A DNA stretch of 64,000 bases from assembly GCA_951406725.2 (NCBI GenBank), contig OX597837.1, positions 24,614,001-24,678,000 of the forward strand, given 5' to 3'. A model generated the notes under the pieces. That model was not told the DNA's origin. It saw only the letters and a program-made list of their open reading frames with translations, and ran no database searches. This DNA comes from Octopus vulgaris (lineage: Eukaryota). Each line of letters opens with the position of its first letter. Position 1 is the first letter of the stretch. Of the stretch, positions 13,901 to 26,872 are shown one piece after another. Position numbers and translations under genes: made by a program.

Positions 13901-14410
13901 TTGTAGGGTAACCAGGTATTATAAGTTGTACAGTCTTGCAGTTGTAGGAACTTGGAAGGTTTTGTGTTGTAATCTAAGGGTGGATGACATAGCCTCTGAT
14001 TTCAATGGACTACGATGACCTTATGTTCATGCACACACACACACAATTTTACTTGACATTTACAAGTTCCAATTTAATTGCCTACATTCAGCCTTTCTTT
14101 TAAATACTTCATTATTTAGATTGAGGTTTCAAAGAGCAATCATTCTAGATTTACAAACTGACCTGTTTATATAGACAACTACTTAAAACATAAGATTCTG
14201 CATTTTTCTAGAATAAACAAATCTTGAATAATATTCAACCAAATGCAATCAATCCAAAAACTTGTATATTCCAGCTCACAACATTTTCCTACATTTACAA
14301 ATCATGGTTTGTAACCATCAAGATACTTATGGCGATATTTCACTATGGTTACAAGTGTAGTCACTTATATAATCAGCAAGGCATTTTGCTATAGTTTTTT
14401 TTTTTTTTTG

Positions 14411-14762
14411 ACCAACAATATGGACAGAAGAAAGCAAGTGAACAACAGACACGGGAAAATAAACAGTCTGACCAGCTGTAATGAGACAGATGGAATTAGA
14501 CCAGCCGAGATGAGACAGGTGGAGTCTCAGATTAGCTAAGACCGACGAAGTTAGACCAGCCGAGATGAGACAGGTGAAGTCAGATTAGCTAAGACCGACG
14601 AAGTTAGACCAGCCGAGATGAGACAGGTGGAGTCAGATTAGCTAAGACCGACGAAGTTAGACCAGCTGAGATGAGACAGGTGGAGTCAGATTAGCTAAGA
14701 CCAACAAAGTTAGATCAGCTAAGATAAGACCGATGGAATCAGACCAGCTAAAATAAATGATG
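14411..14762 (+). repeat. 53-bp minisatellite (~4 units) within a local duplication of 17533-17777
   Basis: Unit gagtcagattagctaagaccgacgaagttagaccagccgagatgagacaggtg. Confidence 0.9.
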
Positions 14763-15344
14763 ATAATAGATGGTGCCAAATGGATGAACTTCACTCTTAG
14801 AAAAAGAACAAAAACATTTCATATTGAAATTTTTTTTTAATGCTATCATCATAATAATATTGGAACCATTGCAACAATGTGCAGTATGTTGCACTTCTAG
14901 ATTAAATTAGCCTAACAGCAGCAGATCCAGAATCTGAAATTTTTTAAACGGTGTACCAACATCCTCATACGTATTTTTTAAACATCCCTATAAAACCTGC
15001 CACCTGCTCCTCTACTCAACCTCACACAGTAATCACAGTTGCCTCTTCTTACAGTTACACATGTAGAAATCTAGACTTGATAGATGAGTGATAGTGTTTT
15101 TTTAAGGATGGTACAAGTTATGGAAGGAACAGAGAAAATTGTAGTTTACTGCAGTGACACATCTTACTTTAAAACCTTTAAATGGAAAACTGGTTGGATA
15201 GGTAAGAGATTAACTATGGTAAACTCCAATCCCTGCTACGACTCAGCCACTGTCCGACTCATTTAGAGCACATTACCATCCCAAAAACTATCACACACAT
15301 TTAGCATCAAGATATAAAAAAAAAAGAATCAATAACTAATCATA

Positions 15345-15750
15345 GGCACAGGAGTGGCTGTGTGGTTAGTAGCTTGTTTACCAACCACATGGTTCCGGGT
15401 TCAGTCCCACTGCGTGACACCTTGGGCAAGTGTCTTCTACTATAGCCTCGAGCTGGCCAAAGCGTTGTGAGTGGATTTGGTAGACGGAAACTGAAAGAAG
15501 CTCGTCATATATATATATGTGTGTGTGTGTGTGTGAGTTTGTATGTCTGTGTTTGTCCCCCTAGCATTGCTTGACAACCGATGCTGGTGTGTTTATGTCC
15601 CCATCACTTAGCGGTTCGGCAAAGAGACCGATAGAATAAGTACTGGGCTTACAAAGAATAAGGCCCGGGGTCGAGTTGCTCGATTAAAGGCGGTGCTCCA
15701 GCATGGCCGCAGTCAAATGACTGGAACTAGTAAAAGAGTAAAAAGAGTAA
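15345..15750 (+). mobile_element. SINE family A
   Basis: Near-identical to 2085-2557. Confidence 0.88.
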
Positions 15751-17532
15751 CTGTACTGAGATGAATACACCAACAGCATGTACTGTGGAACAACAGCTAT
15801 CACATTCAGTCTCTACCTTGTGCATCTTCATTGTGCCCGTCATCAAAATCTGCTGACAGGGCAGTGAAGAAAACAACAAACATGTCCAGACTGCCATATG
15901 ACAATATATCAAGAGGCACAGTATGGTAATCTGCATACAGAGTATTGAGTACGTGGAACTACTTCATGCCATATGTCATCTCAATCAAGGTTGAATTATA
16001 CACTGAATCAAAGAAGGACCTCTACATGATTCCTGGCTGCTAGAATTAGAAACCAAACGTCACCCTATCACTTTAAAAATGGAAAAAAATTGGCTAATGT
16101 AGTTGGAATATTACAGAAGGATTCAATATTATTATATTAGACTGACCTATACTATCATCATCATCATCGTTTAGCGTCCGCTTTCCATGCTAGCATGGGT
16201 TGGACGGTTCAACTGGGGTCTGGGAAGCCAGAAGGCTGCACCGGGCCCAGTCTGATCTGGCAGTGTTTCTACGGCTGGATGCCCTTCCTAACGCCAACCA
16301 CTCCGTGAGCGTAAAAAAAAAAAAAAAAAAGCTCCAACACAAAACATTTAAACCTCCATAAAAAAAAATTTTTTTTAATAGTCCTAGATACACTGAGAAG
16401 AAGATATGTGGCCAGAATAGAATTGACATGATTTTTGTCATAGATCTCTGTCACCTTAGTTGGCCTGTCGCTAAACAAACATTATACTAGATTACATTAC
16501 ACTTAGATGTGTCAAGGTTGACATACTAAAAGTATTTCATGTGTCTCTATGCGTTAGAACCAAGAACTGCAAATAACCGTCACCAAATTTGTTTCCCCTC
16601 CTCCTGATCTTATTACCATAAAGTACAATGTCACTGACAATGTAATCATCTCTTTACTGCGACTACACAACTAATAGAATCACTGCCACCACCAGATAAT
16701 TTTCCCTAACACTCCCTTCAATCCCACACACCACACAACACCAACTACATTGTGGAACTGTGACAGACACAAAGGTGACTAACCTGTAGAATTATACCAT
16801 TTACGGTACAACAGTAGTAGTAGTAGTAATTTATAATTGACTTTTCTACAACAAATCTACAGTGATACCTATTCTTGAATATCCATTGAAATGGCATTGA
16901 TTCAATTATCAGAAGACATGAAACAGCAAAACATCCCATTTAAACAACCACCCTATTAAAGTTTCATCATACCAATATTTTCAAAATACGCATTCTAAAT
17001 TTACAAGATAATACAAGAAAAGGAAAAGCAAATAGGTATTTTTTTTTTCCAAATTTCTAATAGAAAAATGGAAAAGGCAACAATAGTAAGATGTCTATTT
17101 TTCAAATTGATCCTCATAAATTTAATATTAACTTTTACAGTGAAAATCTTGGCAACCCATTTATCCAAATTAGAGCAATTTTATTAGCCAAAAGATTTAA
17201 AAGTAAAAAGCATCAGGTGATGGTAGAACTATTATATATGAAACTAACAAAAAATGGTAGTGGACATTTAAAATAAACCACAAAACTTTGGTGGCCAATG
17301 CCAGACAGAGTACACACACTCATAGTAAAATTAAACCAAGACTAAAATAAAAAATGGTTTGGATTGGTGTTGGTAGTTAAAAACCAAATATTAGTAATGT
17401 GTGTGTAAGTAGAGTGATACTGAGCAAATTTATATATGGGGGAGGACAGTAGCGACAGAGATAAATAGAGCTATTTCGTGAAATAGAGACAAAAAGAGGG
17501 TTGAAGTGAGGGCGACGAAAGAGGCAGAGGAG

Positions 17533-18070
17533 GACCGACAATATGGACAGAAGAAAGCAAGTGAACACAGACACGGGAAAATAAACAGTCTGACCAGCTG
17601 TAATGAGACAGACGGAATTAGACCAGCCGAGATGAGACAGGTGGAGTCTCAGATTAGCTAAGACCGACGAAGTTAGACCAGCCGAGATGAGACAGGTGGA
17701 GTCAGATTAGCTAAGACCGACGAAGTTAGATCAGCTAAGATAAGACCGATGGAATCAGACCAGCTAAAATAAATGATAATAGATGGAGTCCGACTAGCCG
17801 AGAGGAGACAAGTGGAGTCAAAACAGACGGATTTAGACCAGCTAAAATAACGAGATAGAGTCAGACCGTCTGAAACAACAGTTAGATAGGAGTCAGACCA
17901 GCTGAGGTGAGGCAAGTGGAGTCAAACCAGCTAAGTAGATTAATAAGACCGACGGAGTCAGACCAACTGAGATAATGGAGAGAGAGAGAGAGAGAGAGTT
18001 GGAGTCAGACCAGCAAAGATAATGCCGAGAGAGTTGGAGTCAGACCAACAAAGATAACAATGAGACAGAA
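17533..18070 (+). repeat. Minisatellite: two 53-bp units grading into diverged ~27-bp gagtcagaccagc units
   Basis: Direct inspection; same lead-in sequence as 14411. Confidence 0.85.
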
Positions 18071-19731
18071 AAATGTAGGTTTATTATAGGACAAGGGGGC
18101 AGGGTTAACATCTGTTTTTTTTTTTATGCGTATGAAATTTTCAGTATATTCACCACAAAAAAAAAATAATCTACATAAAAGGAGGTAGCGAAGACTATTT
18201 AGAAAACGCACACATTTATAGCTTATAACATTCGAAAATATCTTTATTTTTCTCTCATAATAAAAGGAATATTTAAGCGTAGTATTAAAGTATCGACAAG
18301 GGCAGGACGCGTAGCATTTATTTATTAGAGAAAGACACGATTTATATATATCGCTTCAATATAAAGAAAATGGAATAATAAATAAAAATGTTCATATTTC
18401 ATAGGAAAACATGAGAGATTTTAATGTCGAGGTTCATCACAACATAATGGAGAGTTAATTTCTTTGTGTTGCTATCTATCATAATGGGTGTATATTTTAA
18501 TCGAATAGCATGTAAACAATTAGATTATTAACAATAATAAATCTCTAACTGACATAAAGAAATCTTAAGTTGTAGTCAATATAATCAGGGATCTGCGTTC
18601 ATTTAAATACATCTAAGATTAGTTATATAAAGTCGTACAAATATACATACATATATATATATATATAATTACATATTTCACTTATGCGCGTGCGTGTGTA
18701 CATTTATATGCACATACGCACACATGAATATACACACACACACACACATTTTATATATATACGTAGCCTATATATTGACCAAACACACAAACACGAGCAA
18801 ATTAACACGAAATTAAAAAATACAATGTGAAGATTACACACACACACACACACACAAGGAATGGGAGAATAAGTGGGATAGAAAAACGAACAGATCTTGA
18901 ACAGCAGGAGACTGCGTCATCGTTTAAACAAGGCTGGTTTGGATATGGCCAGGGATCGAAACTGCGACGTCACACACATACAACGACCTTACACAATACA
19001 GGCCGACTGTGTAGCTTCTATGCAGTCGTCCAAAATGATAAATAATAATTAAAAAAACCCAACTAAATTAAGGACGTATTTTGAGAATACAGTTTTTCGA
19101 TGACTAGTAAAAAAAAAAAAAATATGGGATGGTCATATCTGGAATACCTTCAGTCCTATATCTACTTAGGCAAGGCTAACCAAGGGCTAAAACAACAACG
19201 TTACACGATGGTTCAACTACCAAAATAATTGATACCCGAGGAGTTTAGCGTTCGCTTTATTGTTCTTTAGTTTATATTGATTACTACGACGGAAGGTGCA
19301 CTGGAGCACACAGCCTTAAATATATTACAAATACCTCTTTGGGGGTTAAAATAATTTCAATTTTTTTATTTTTAAAAGGTGGGGGTAAGCTATCAACAAT
19401 AACGCTAATTTCACAATAATTTACTCAGAAGGTAAAAAAAGGGGGGGGGCCGTATTGTGGACGTTGTTATTGTCGCATCGACCCAAATCAGCCCCTGACA
19501 AAGGACACTTGTGATCAAAGGTTTCCCCAGTTGTATGTAATCATCCATCCCCCCACCCCCAATATATATATATCTATGACTACTATATCAACTAATGCAT
19601 ACTATCCTTTTTAAGACGTTAAAATGATTTGAGGGAGATTTGGCTGCTATTCAAAGCAGCTCAAACGGCGACACAGAGGCTGCCCCATTAGCGCAGCATT
19701 ATAGCCCTGTGTTTCTGTCTGAGCACACAAC

Positions 19732-20448
<717 letters not shown>

Positions 20449-21038
20449 AAGGAGCCGCAAATCCCTTTAAAATAAATATTAAACTTCAAAAAGCTATTTT
20501 TCCTAATCATTATTATTATTGTCGCTGTTGGTCAGTCTCCCTGTCACAACACGATTTAGAACTTAGAGTTTTTAGAGTTTGGATAAAGATTTTTTTTATT
20601 ATTGAACTGATTGTTATTTGTGTTTGTTGCTGGAAAGAAAAGTTTTGGTGAAAAAGGAGTCACCCCCACCGCACAGCAAAACACCACAACCAATACATTA
20701 AACAATAGAAAGAGACAATAATATGCAAATGGACAAACAATAGTAATAGTAATAGTGGAGGTGTCGTTCAATGCAAAGAAAAGGCCACACACTATTAAAT
20801 AAATAACAAAACAGACACAACAACATCATCATAACAAAATAAAAAGTGAAGACGCCAGACTGTCAGCCATGATGATTCTTCAAGCTTCGGCGTTTTGCAA
20901 AATTTACAAGTAAAATATACACACCAACATATATATATGAATCTTATATATATGTATGTATATATATATATGAATCTTATATATATGTATGTATATATAT
21001 ATAATGTGTGTGTTCTGGAATAAAGCCGATGGTTCGTT

Positions 21039-21101
21039 CGCTCTGGTGTTACACTGAGAGTTTCACACTTCAGATGTGAAACTCTGAGTAGCGTCAGAGT
21101 G
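21039..21101 (+). ncRNA. Pre-miRNA-like hairpin (candidate)
   Basis: 14-bp lower stem with four G.U pairs, small internal loop, 11-bp perfect upper stem agagtttcaca/tgtgaaactct, 7-nt loop. Confidence 0.35.
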
Positions 21102-21176
21102 ATTTCTGAGCGCCATGTATTGAGTACTACTTTTTTTGTTTCGTTTGCATCTCTAAACCGAATCGTGTATGGACAG

Positions 21177-21214
<38 letters not shown>

Positions 21215-21620
21215 TTGTATGTATGTGTGTGAAGAGTAATGAACGACTATATATCATAGATAAATTCAATACAATTGTGGAGTAACAAAAATATTTTATT
21301 GTGGGGGTACGAATTGTATGTATTTCAATGACTCGCCAATAAATACCCACTCTATATGTGGGTGTGTGTGTGTATGAGCGATAAACAAGCAAAATTTCAT
21401 TAGGGAAGAAATTTAAAAAAACCCACACATGCTTAATTTCATAATTTCATGATAAAAGAAATTTCTTATGGCCATAAAGGTTGTTACTGTACAATCTACA
21501 ATCTAACAGTTACAACATTGTTGTGTTCTTCCGTTTGCAAACTAAATCCTCGTTCATGGTAACAATAAAAATCAAAATTCATTCGAAACAGAACCAACCA
21601 AAATGGAGAACAGAAAAGCT

Positions 21621-22203
21621 ATTTAGTTTATTTTGCTTATATATGTGTGTGTGTATTGTTGGTTTATTACTAGTCTTAATATTAAAGTTCAGCTTTCTTC
21701 ATAGCTTGAGAAAGGGGCAAAAAAAGACTTTATACAATTAATTAGTGGTATTATTACACTGTAATATATATATATGCGTATATATGTGTGTATAGATATA
21801 AATATATACATATAATTATTAGTTTATTTTGCTTATATGTGTGTGTATTGTTGGTTTATTACTAGTCTCAATATTAAAGTTCAGCTTTCTTTATGGCTTA
21901 AGAAAGGGGCAAAAAAAGACATTATACAATTAATTAGTGATATTATTACACTGTAATATATATATATGCGTATATATGTGTATAGATATAAATATATACA
22001 TATAATTATTAGTTTATTTTGCTTATATATATGTGTGTATTGTTGGTTTATTACTAGTCTTAATATTAAAGTTCAGCTTTCTTTATGGCTTAAGAAAGAG
22101 GCAAAAAAAGACTTTATACTATTAATTAGTGGTATTATTATACTGTAATATATATATATGCGTATATATGTGTGTATAGATATAAATATATACATATAAT
22201 TAT
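21621..22203. repeat. Tandem repeat, ~190-197-bp unit x3
   Basis: ttagtttattttgcttatat...gttggtttattactagtc recurs at ~21621, 21818 and 22008. Confidence 0.92.
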
Positions 22204-22719
22204 ATACGTATGCCTCACATTTTGCAGACATACAAACGGATAGTCAATTATGGAGCAAACGTTTTTTGTGAAATTTTGTGAATTTTTTCTGAAAAAAATG
22301 TAGGTAGAAAGGCTATTAATAATCATCCTAGATAATCAGTTCGCAGTATTTCTTTGAGGAGGATAAAAGAGAAATATGGAAATAGAAGAGTCGACATGGA
22401 TAAATGCAGAGAAAAGACAGTGGAAATAGAAATGAAGAGAAAACGTTACCATATAAACAGTGTCGTCGAAAACTCCTGATAGACCAGTCCCAGATTTGTA
22501 AGACTCATTTCTTTCCTCCTCCGCCTTTCCTGTAAGCCATGTATCATTTACAGGTTGCCTCGGAGTTCTACAACAACACTAGCAACCGTTTTCAAAAGAC
22601 AAAACTAAAATGACGGGGGAGAGAAAGAAAGTAAATACTGACTGGGCTTTTTTTATAAAGAAAGGTTCCAAGTTGTTGGTCAAGTTTTTTTTTTTTTATT
22701 CCAAACACAGATGATCACA

Positions 22720-22740
22720 GCGGGAAGTGCGCATGCGCCA
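22720..22740. promoter_or_regulatory. Promoter-like motif cluster (E2F/ETS overlapping an NRF1 palindrome)
   Basis: gcgggaagtgcgcatgcgcc contains GCGGGAA, GGAAGT and TGCGCATGCGC, in a transposon-poor stretch that retains CpGs. Confidence 0.5.
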
Positions 22741-22857
22741 CCTCATCACCAAACTTCCTTCCGCTAGCCACCCTTTTTCTGTCACTCTGACACCCTCTTT
22801 CTCGTTTATTTTCCTCTCGTCCACTTCTGCTCCCCTTCCCTATTCTTCTAACTACCT

Positions 22858-23240
22858 GTCTCTTCTCTTTCACCTTCTCTCTTGTATCTATCTTCCTCTC
22901 TTGCTCTCTCTCTCTCTTTCACCTTCTCTCTTGTATCTATCTTTCCACTCTTGCTCTCTCTCTCTTTCACCTTCTCTCTTGTATCTATCTTCCTCTCTCT
23001 CTTTCACCTTCTCTCTTGTATCTATCTTTCTCTCTTGCCCTCTCTCTTTCACCTTCTCTATTATATCTACCTTCCTCTCTCTCTTTCACCTCACTCACTC
23101 CCAATCTTTCTCTCTCTATTCTTCTAACTCACTCCGCTCTCATCTCTCACCCTTTCTCTTTCTTCCGTTTCACCTGTCACTCTTTCTCTCTCTCCCCTTT
23201 CACCTCACTCAATCACCCTTTCTCCTCCTCCTCCTCCTCT
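22858..23240. repeat. Polypyrimidine minisatellite
   Basis: About 5 copies of ctctttcaccttctctcttgtatctatctt within a CT-rich tract. Confidence 0.85.
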
Positions 23241-23730
23241 AAACCTTATATATATAAAACAATTTAAGTAACAATTTCACATTTATTTCATTCATATCTT
23301 TCCCAGGAAACTTTATTACTTCTAATTAAGAAAAATATATATATATTTTTAATATTCAACATAAAAACCTATCTTTCCATAAGAATTAACAACGAAAAAA
23401 TTCGACAGATTTTAGAGCAATATTTTGTTATTAGTAATCGTGTTGATACGTCTCTGTTCTGAAACACGACATTTTATTATTGTAATCGAATCCACAACAG
23501 AAGATTACATCGTATTTTTGTCTTTAAAGATACTTCCATGGCTTCTCACTCAGTCGGCCTTTCTCCCGAACTGATGTGGCAAATTCTATATACAAAAGTA
23601 CTATACCCCCGTCTCTAATTTGTCTGCTAATCAAAGCTCATTTAAACGTATTTACACGTTTTGTAGCCTTCCGTCCAGAGCAAGGCAAGAAAAAATCACT
23701 CTCCAACAAAACAGATGACGATGATGATAA

Positions 23731-23763
<33 letters not shown>

Positions 23764-24529
23764 GTAATAAATGGAGTTGTGACCTCCACTAACATCTTTA
23801 TTTTCATGCTTTATTTTCATGCTAGAAAGGTTGTGAAGGCGAGAGATAGGTGATAAAACACTCCAATCTAAAATATTTCGCACATATCTTCCTTTTTCAG
23901 TCACTTTTGACAACGATCTCCACTTTTACCTCTCTTTATATCGTGGCCACGAATGTAATTACCATTAATAGATACATTGATTTTTAAACAGCCTATATCA
24001 ACTGACCTTGTGTTGCATCAAAACAATTATCTTCTATATATGATCGGAATATCATCTGTTCATTTCAGATTTTATATATACATACACATATATATATATA
24101 TAACGTAGATATAGGCGTATGCGTTATGGAGGACAATCAAGCTCTAAATCGTTTTGACTATTTAAAGTAGAAAATAAATTCGGTGCAGATAACTAAAAAT
24201 ATTATCTTCTGCACTGATGTCTTAATTTTTCGACAACCACAAAATAATCAAAGCTGCTTCTTCGCCATTTTCCACAAAACAAATCCTCCACTAAAATAAG
24301 TTTTCATGGCATTAAATTCGTATGGAAAGTTTCCAAAGCAATTTTGTGTACACAGAAATTGCAAAACTGGGACACATTTATCTATATTGAGGTAAATAAC
24401 ACACAAACACGCGCGCACACACACACACACAAACATACGTGTCTATAAATATGTACATACACACACATACACACGTGTGTGTATGTCTGTCCATCTACTC
24501 TATCTATCTATGTTATCTACATAGATAGA

Positions 24530-24980
24530 ATGTTTACTACTCAACCAGATGGTTTCAGGTTCTGGCCCACAACGGAGCATCTTGGGAAAGTGTCTTCTAC
24601 TATAGCTCAGGGTTGACCAAAAGTGGATTTGATTTGATGGTCGGAAACTGAAAGAAAACTGTTGTATATGAACACGCCACCTGAATATGTGTATTAATGC
24701 ATGTATAATTAATGTGAGCGTGCATTTGCATATACATACATACATACATACATGTATGCATGCATGCATGGATGCATGCTTCTCTCGTTGCCAAGGCAAA
24801 AGGTGATAGTTGTAAATGAGCGTCATTCATTTCTAATATTCTGCAAAAATATGTCTGGTCATGACGAAATGTTACCTTGCTTGGAAACAGAGGATTGACT
24901 ATAGGATGGGTATCAAGCCATAGAAAAGATCTTAATAAACTCCATCCAAGCTAAGCAAGCATAGAAAAGTAAATGTTAAA

Positions 24981-24985
<5 letters not shown>
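24530..24985 (+). mobile_element. Old SINE with a family-A head and an RTE-tail-like 3' end
   Basis: Head matches family A; 24890-24985 resembles the aggaagggcatccag...gttaaatgat module. Confidence 0.5.
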
Positions 24986-25032
<47 letters not shown>

Positions 25033-25422
25033 CCCCGTGCTAGTAGGGTATTAAGAGCACCATCCAAGCGTGATCGTTGCCAGAGCAGCTATCTGGCCTC
25101 CGTGTCGGTGACACATAAAAGGCACCATTCGAGCGTGATCGTTACCAGCGTCACTTTACTGGCACCTGTGCCGGTGACATGTGTAAAAGATTCGAGCGAG
25201 GTCATTGCCAGTACCGCCTGACTGGCCCCGTGCTGGTGGCACGTAAAAGCACCCACTACACTCTCGGAGTGGTTGGCGTTAGGAAGGGCATCTAGCTGTA
25301 GAAACTCTGCCAGATCAAGATTGAAGCCTGGTGCAGCCATCTGGTTCACCAGCTCTAAGTCAAAATCGTCCAACCCATGCTAGCATGGAAAGCAGATGTT
25401 TAACGATGATGATGATGATGGA

Positions 25423-25542
25423 ATGTTTACAGTACCTAGGTTTCTCAAGTGATCACCCATATAAGTACTAACTAGGCTTGATGTTGCTTAACTTTGGTGA
25501 TCAGATGAGAACCAGTGCTTTCAAAGTGATATGGCCATAAGC
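25423..25542 (-). pseudogene. 5S rRNA pseudogene (full length, 120 nt)
   Basis: Reverse complement gcttatggccatatcactttgaaagcactggttctcatctgatcaccaaagttaagcaa...gttagtacttatatgggtga...gtactgtaaac follows metazoan 5S along its length, with CpG-to-TpG/CpA decay. Single copy, no array. Confidence 0.88.
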
Positions 25543-25719
25543 CATATATATATATACACTCACACACATATATATATATATACATATATGAGAGGGACTC
25601 CACTAAAAGTGAACTCCTTTACGCTAGCCACTAAAAGTTGTTCTCAAGAAAAAATTTAGCACACCATGAATGTAAGCGGGCAGGACAAATGAAAAATAAC
25701 AAAAATATAGATTAACCCC

Positions 25720-25754
<35 letters not shown>

Positions 25755-25984
25755 CACACAGACATGTATTACATACACATACACACATATATATGTAAGT
25801 ATTTGGACTTTGGCTATATGACTATTTCTGATTATCAGTATTTCAAAGAACATTCACCATTTGGACTGCCTAATGTCATTAACAGTTATAATATAATTTT
25901 CACTGGATCTACATCAGGAAATCCATAATAGTGTAGTGAAAATTATATACACACACACACACATATGTGTGTGTATATATATAT

Positions 25985-26228
25985 ATTACGGAGATGTACT
26001 TGCATAGAGAGTGACTTGATCTGAGATCATATGCTGGAACAAAAACAATTGCAGCATGGAAGGTGTTTATAAGCCATTAAAGAAACACACAAAACCGTTA
26101 GTCAGTGAACAGGTCGCAGTCTCAAAGCGACGAAAATATTTTGACAAATTAAATTTAAATGTTGAAGTGAATCTAAGAGTTTTGTGTGTTTCGTAAATGG
26201 CTTATAAACACCTTCCACGCTGCAATTA
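25985..26228 (+). mobile_element. (TA)n-flanked element with ~55-bp inverted arms enclosing a variant hammerhead-like motif
   Basis: 26047-26101 is inverted relative to 26173-26227; GTCA-GTGAACA-G-GTCGC..GCGAC-GAAA-ATAT-TT-TGAC lies at 26101-26145. Confidence 0.5.
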
Positions 26229-26244
26229 TATATATATATATATA

Positions 26245-26439
26245 TGAGGGGTGTGATGAAAAGTTCCTGGCTTTGAGGTTTTCACAAAAGGCCTGGTTGA
26301 AGGCCCAACCTTCCAAATTCTTTAACAGGGCTTAGAAAAACTGAAGGATTGTTACAATAAGTGTGTGAATCTGAGAGGGGAATATGTTGAATACAATCAT
26401 AATTAACTGATCTTCCTGGAACTTTTCAGCACTCCTTCA
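26245..26439. mobile_element. Mariner-type MITE
   Basis: TA|tgaggggtgtgatgaaaagttcc ... ggaacttttcagcactccttca|TA imperfect TIRs. Confidence 0.65.
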
Positions 26440-26466
26440 TATAAACAGACAAACATATGTGTGTGC

Positions 26467-26505
<39 letters not shown>

Positions 26506-26872
26506 TATATATAATGGTGCAGGTGGGGGCCTTGTGATTGAGAAGCTTGCTTCATGCGCTAGTCAATTACATTGACCCAGTGCTTGAATGGTACATTCTT
26601 TTATTGATCCTGAAAGGACAAAAGGCAAAGTGTAACTTGGCAGATGTTAAAAATAATAAAAATGCTTTCAAATTTTGGCACATGGCCAGCAATTTCAGAG
26701 GAGGAAGTAAGTCGATTACTGTGACCTCAGTTCTATACTGGTACTTATTTTGATTGACCCCAAAAAGAGATGACAGGCAAAGTCGACCTTGGTAGAATTT
26801 GAACTCAGAATGTGAGAGAAATGAAATACTGATGTGCTAACGATTCTGCCAGCTCATTGTCTTAATAATAAT

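Noticed and set aside
22727-23267. Leu/Ser/Phe-rich ORFs
   Set aside because: Stop-poor polypyrimidine repeat; no protein features.
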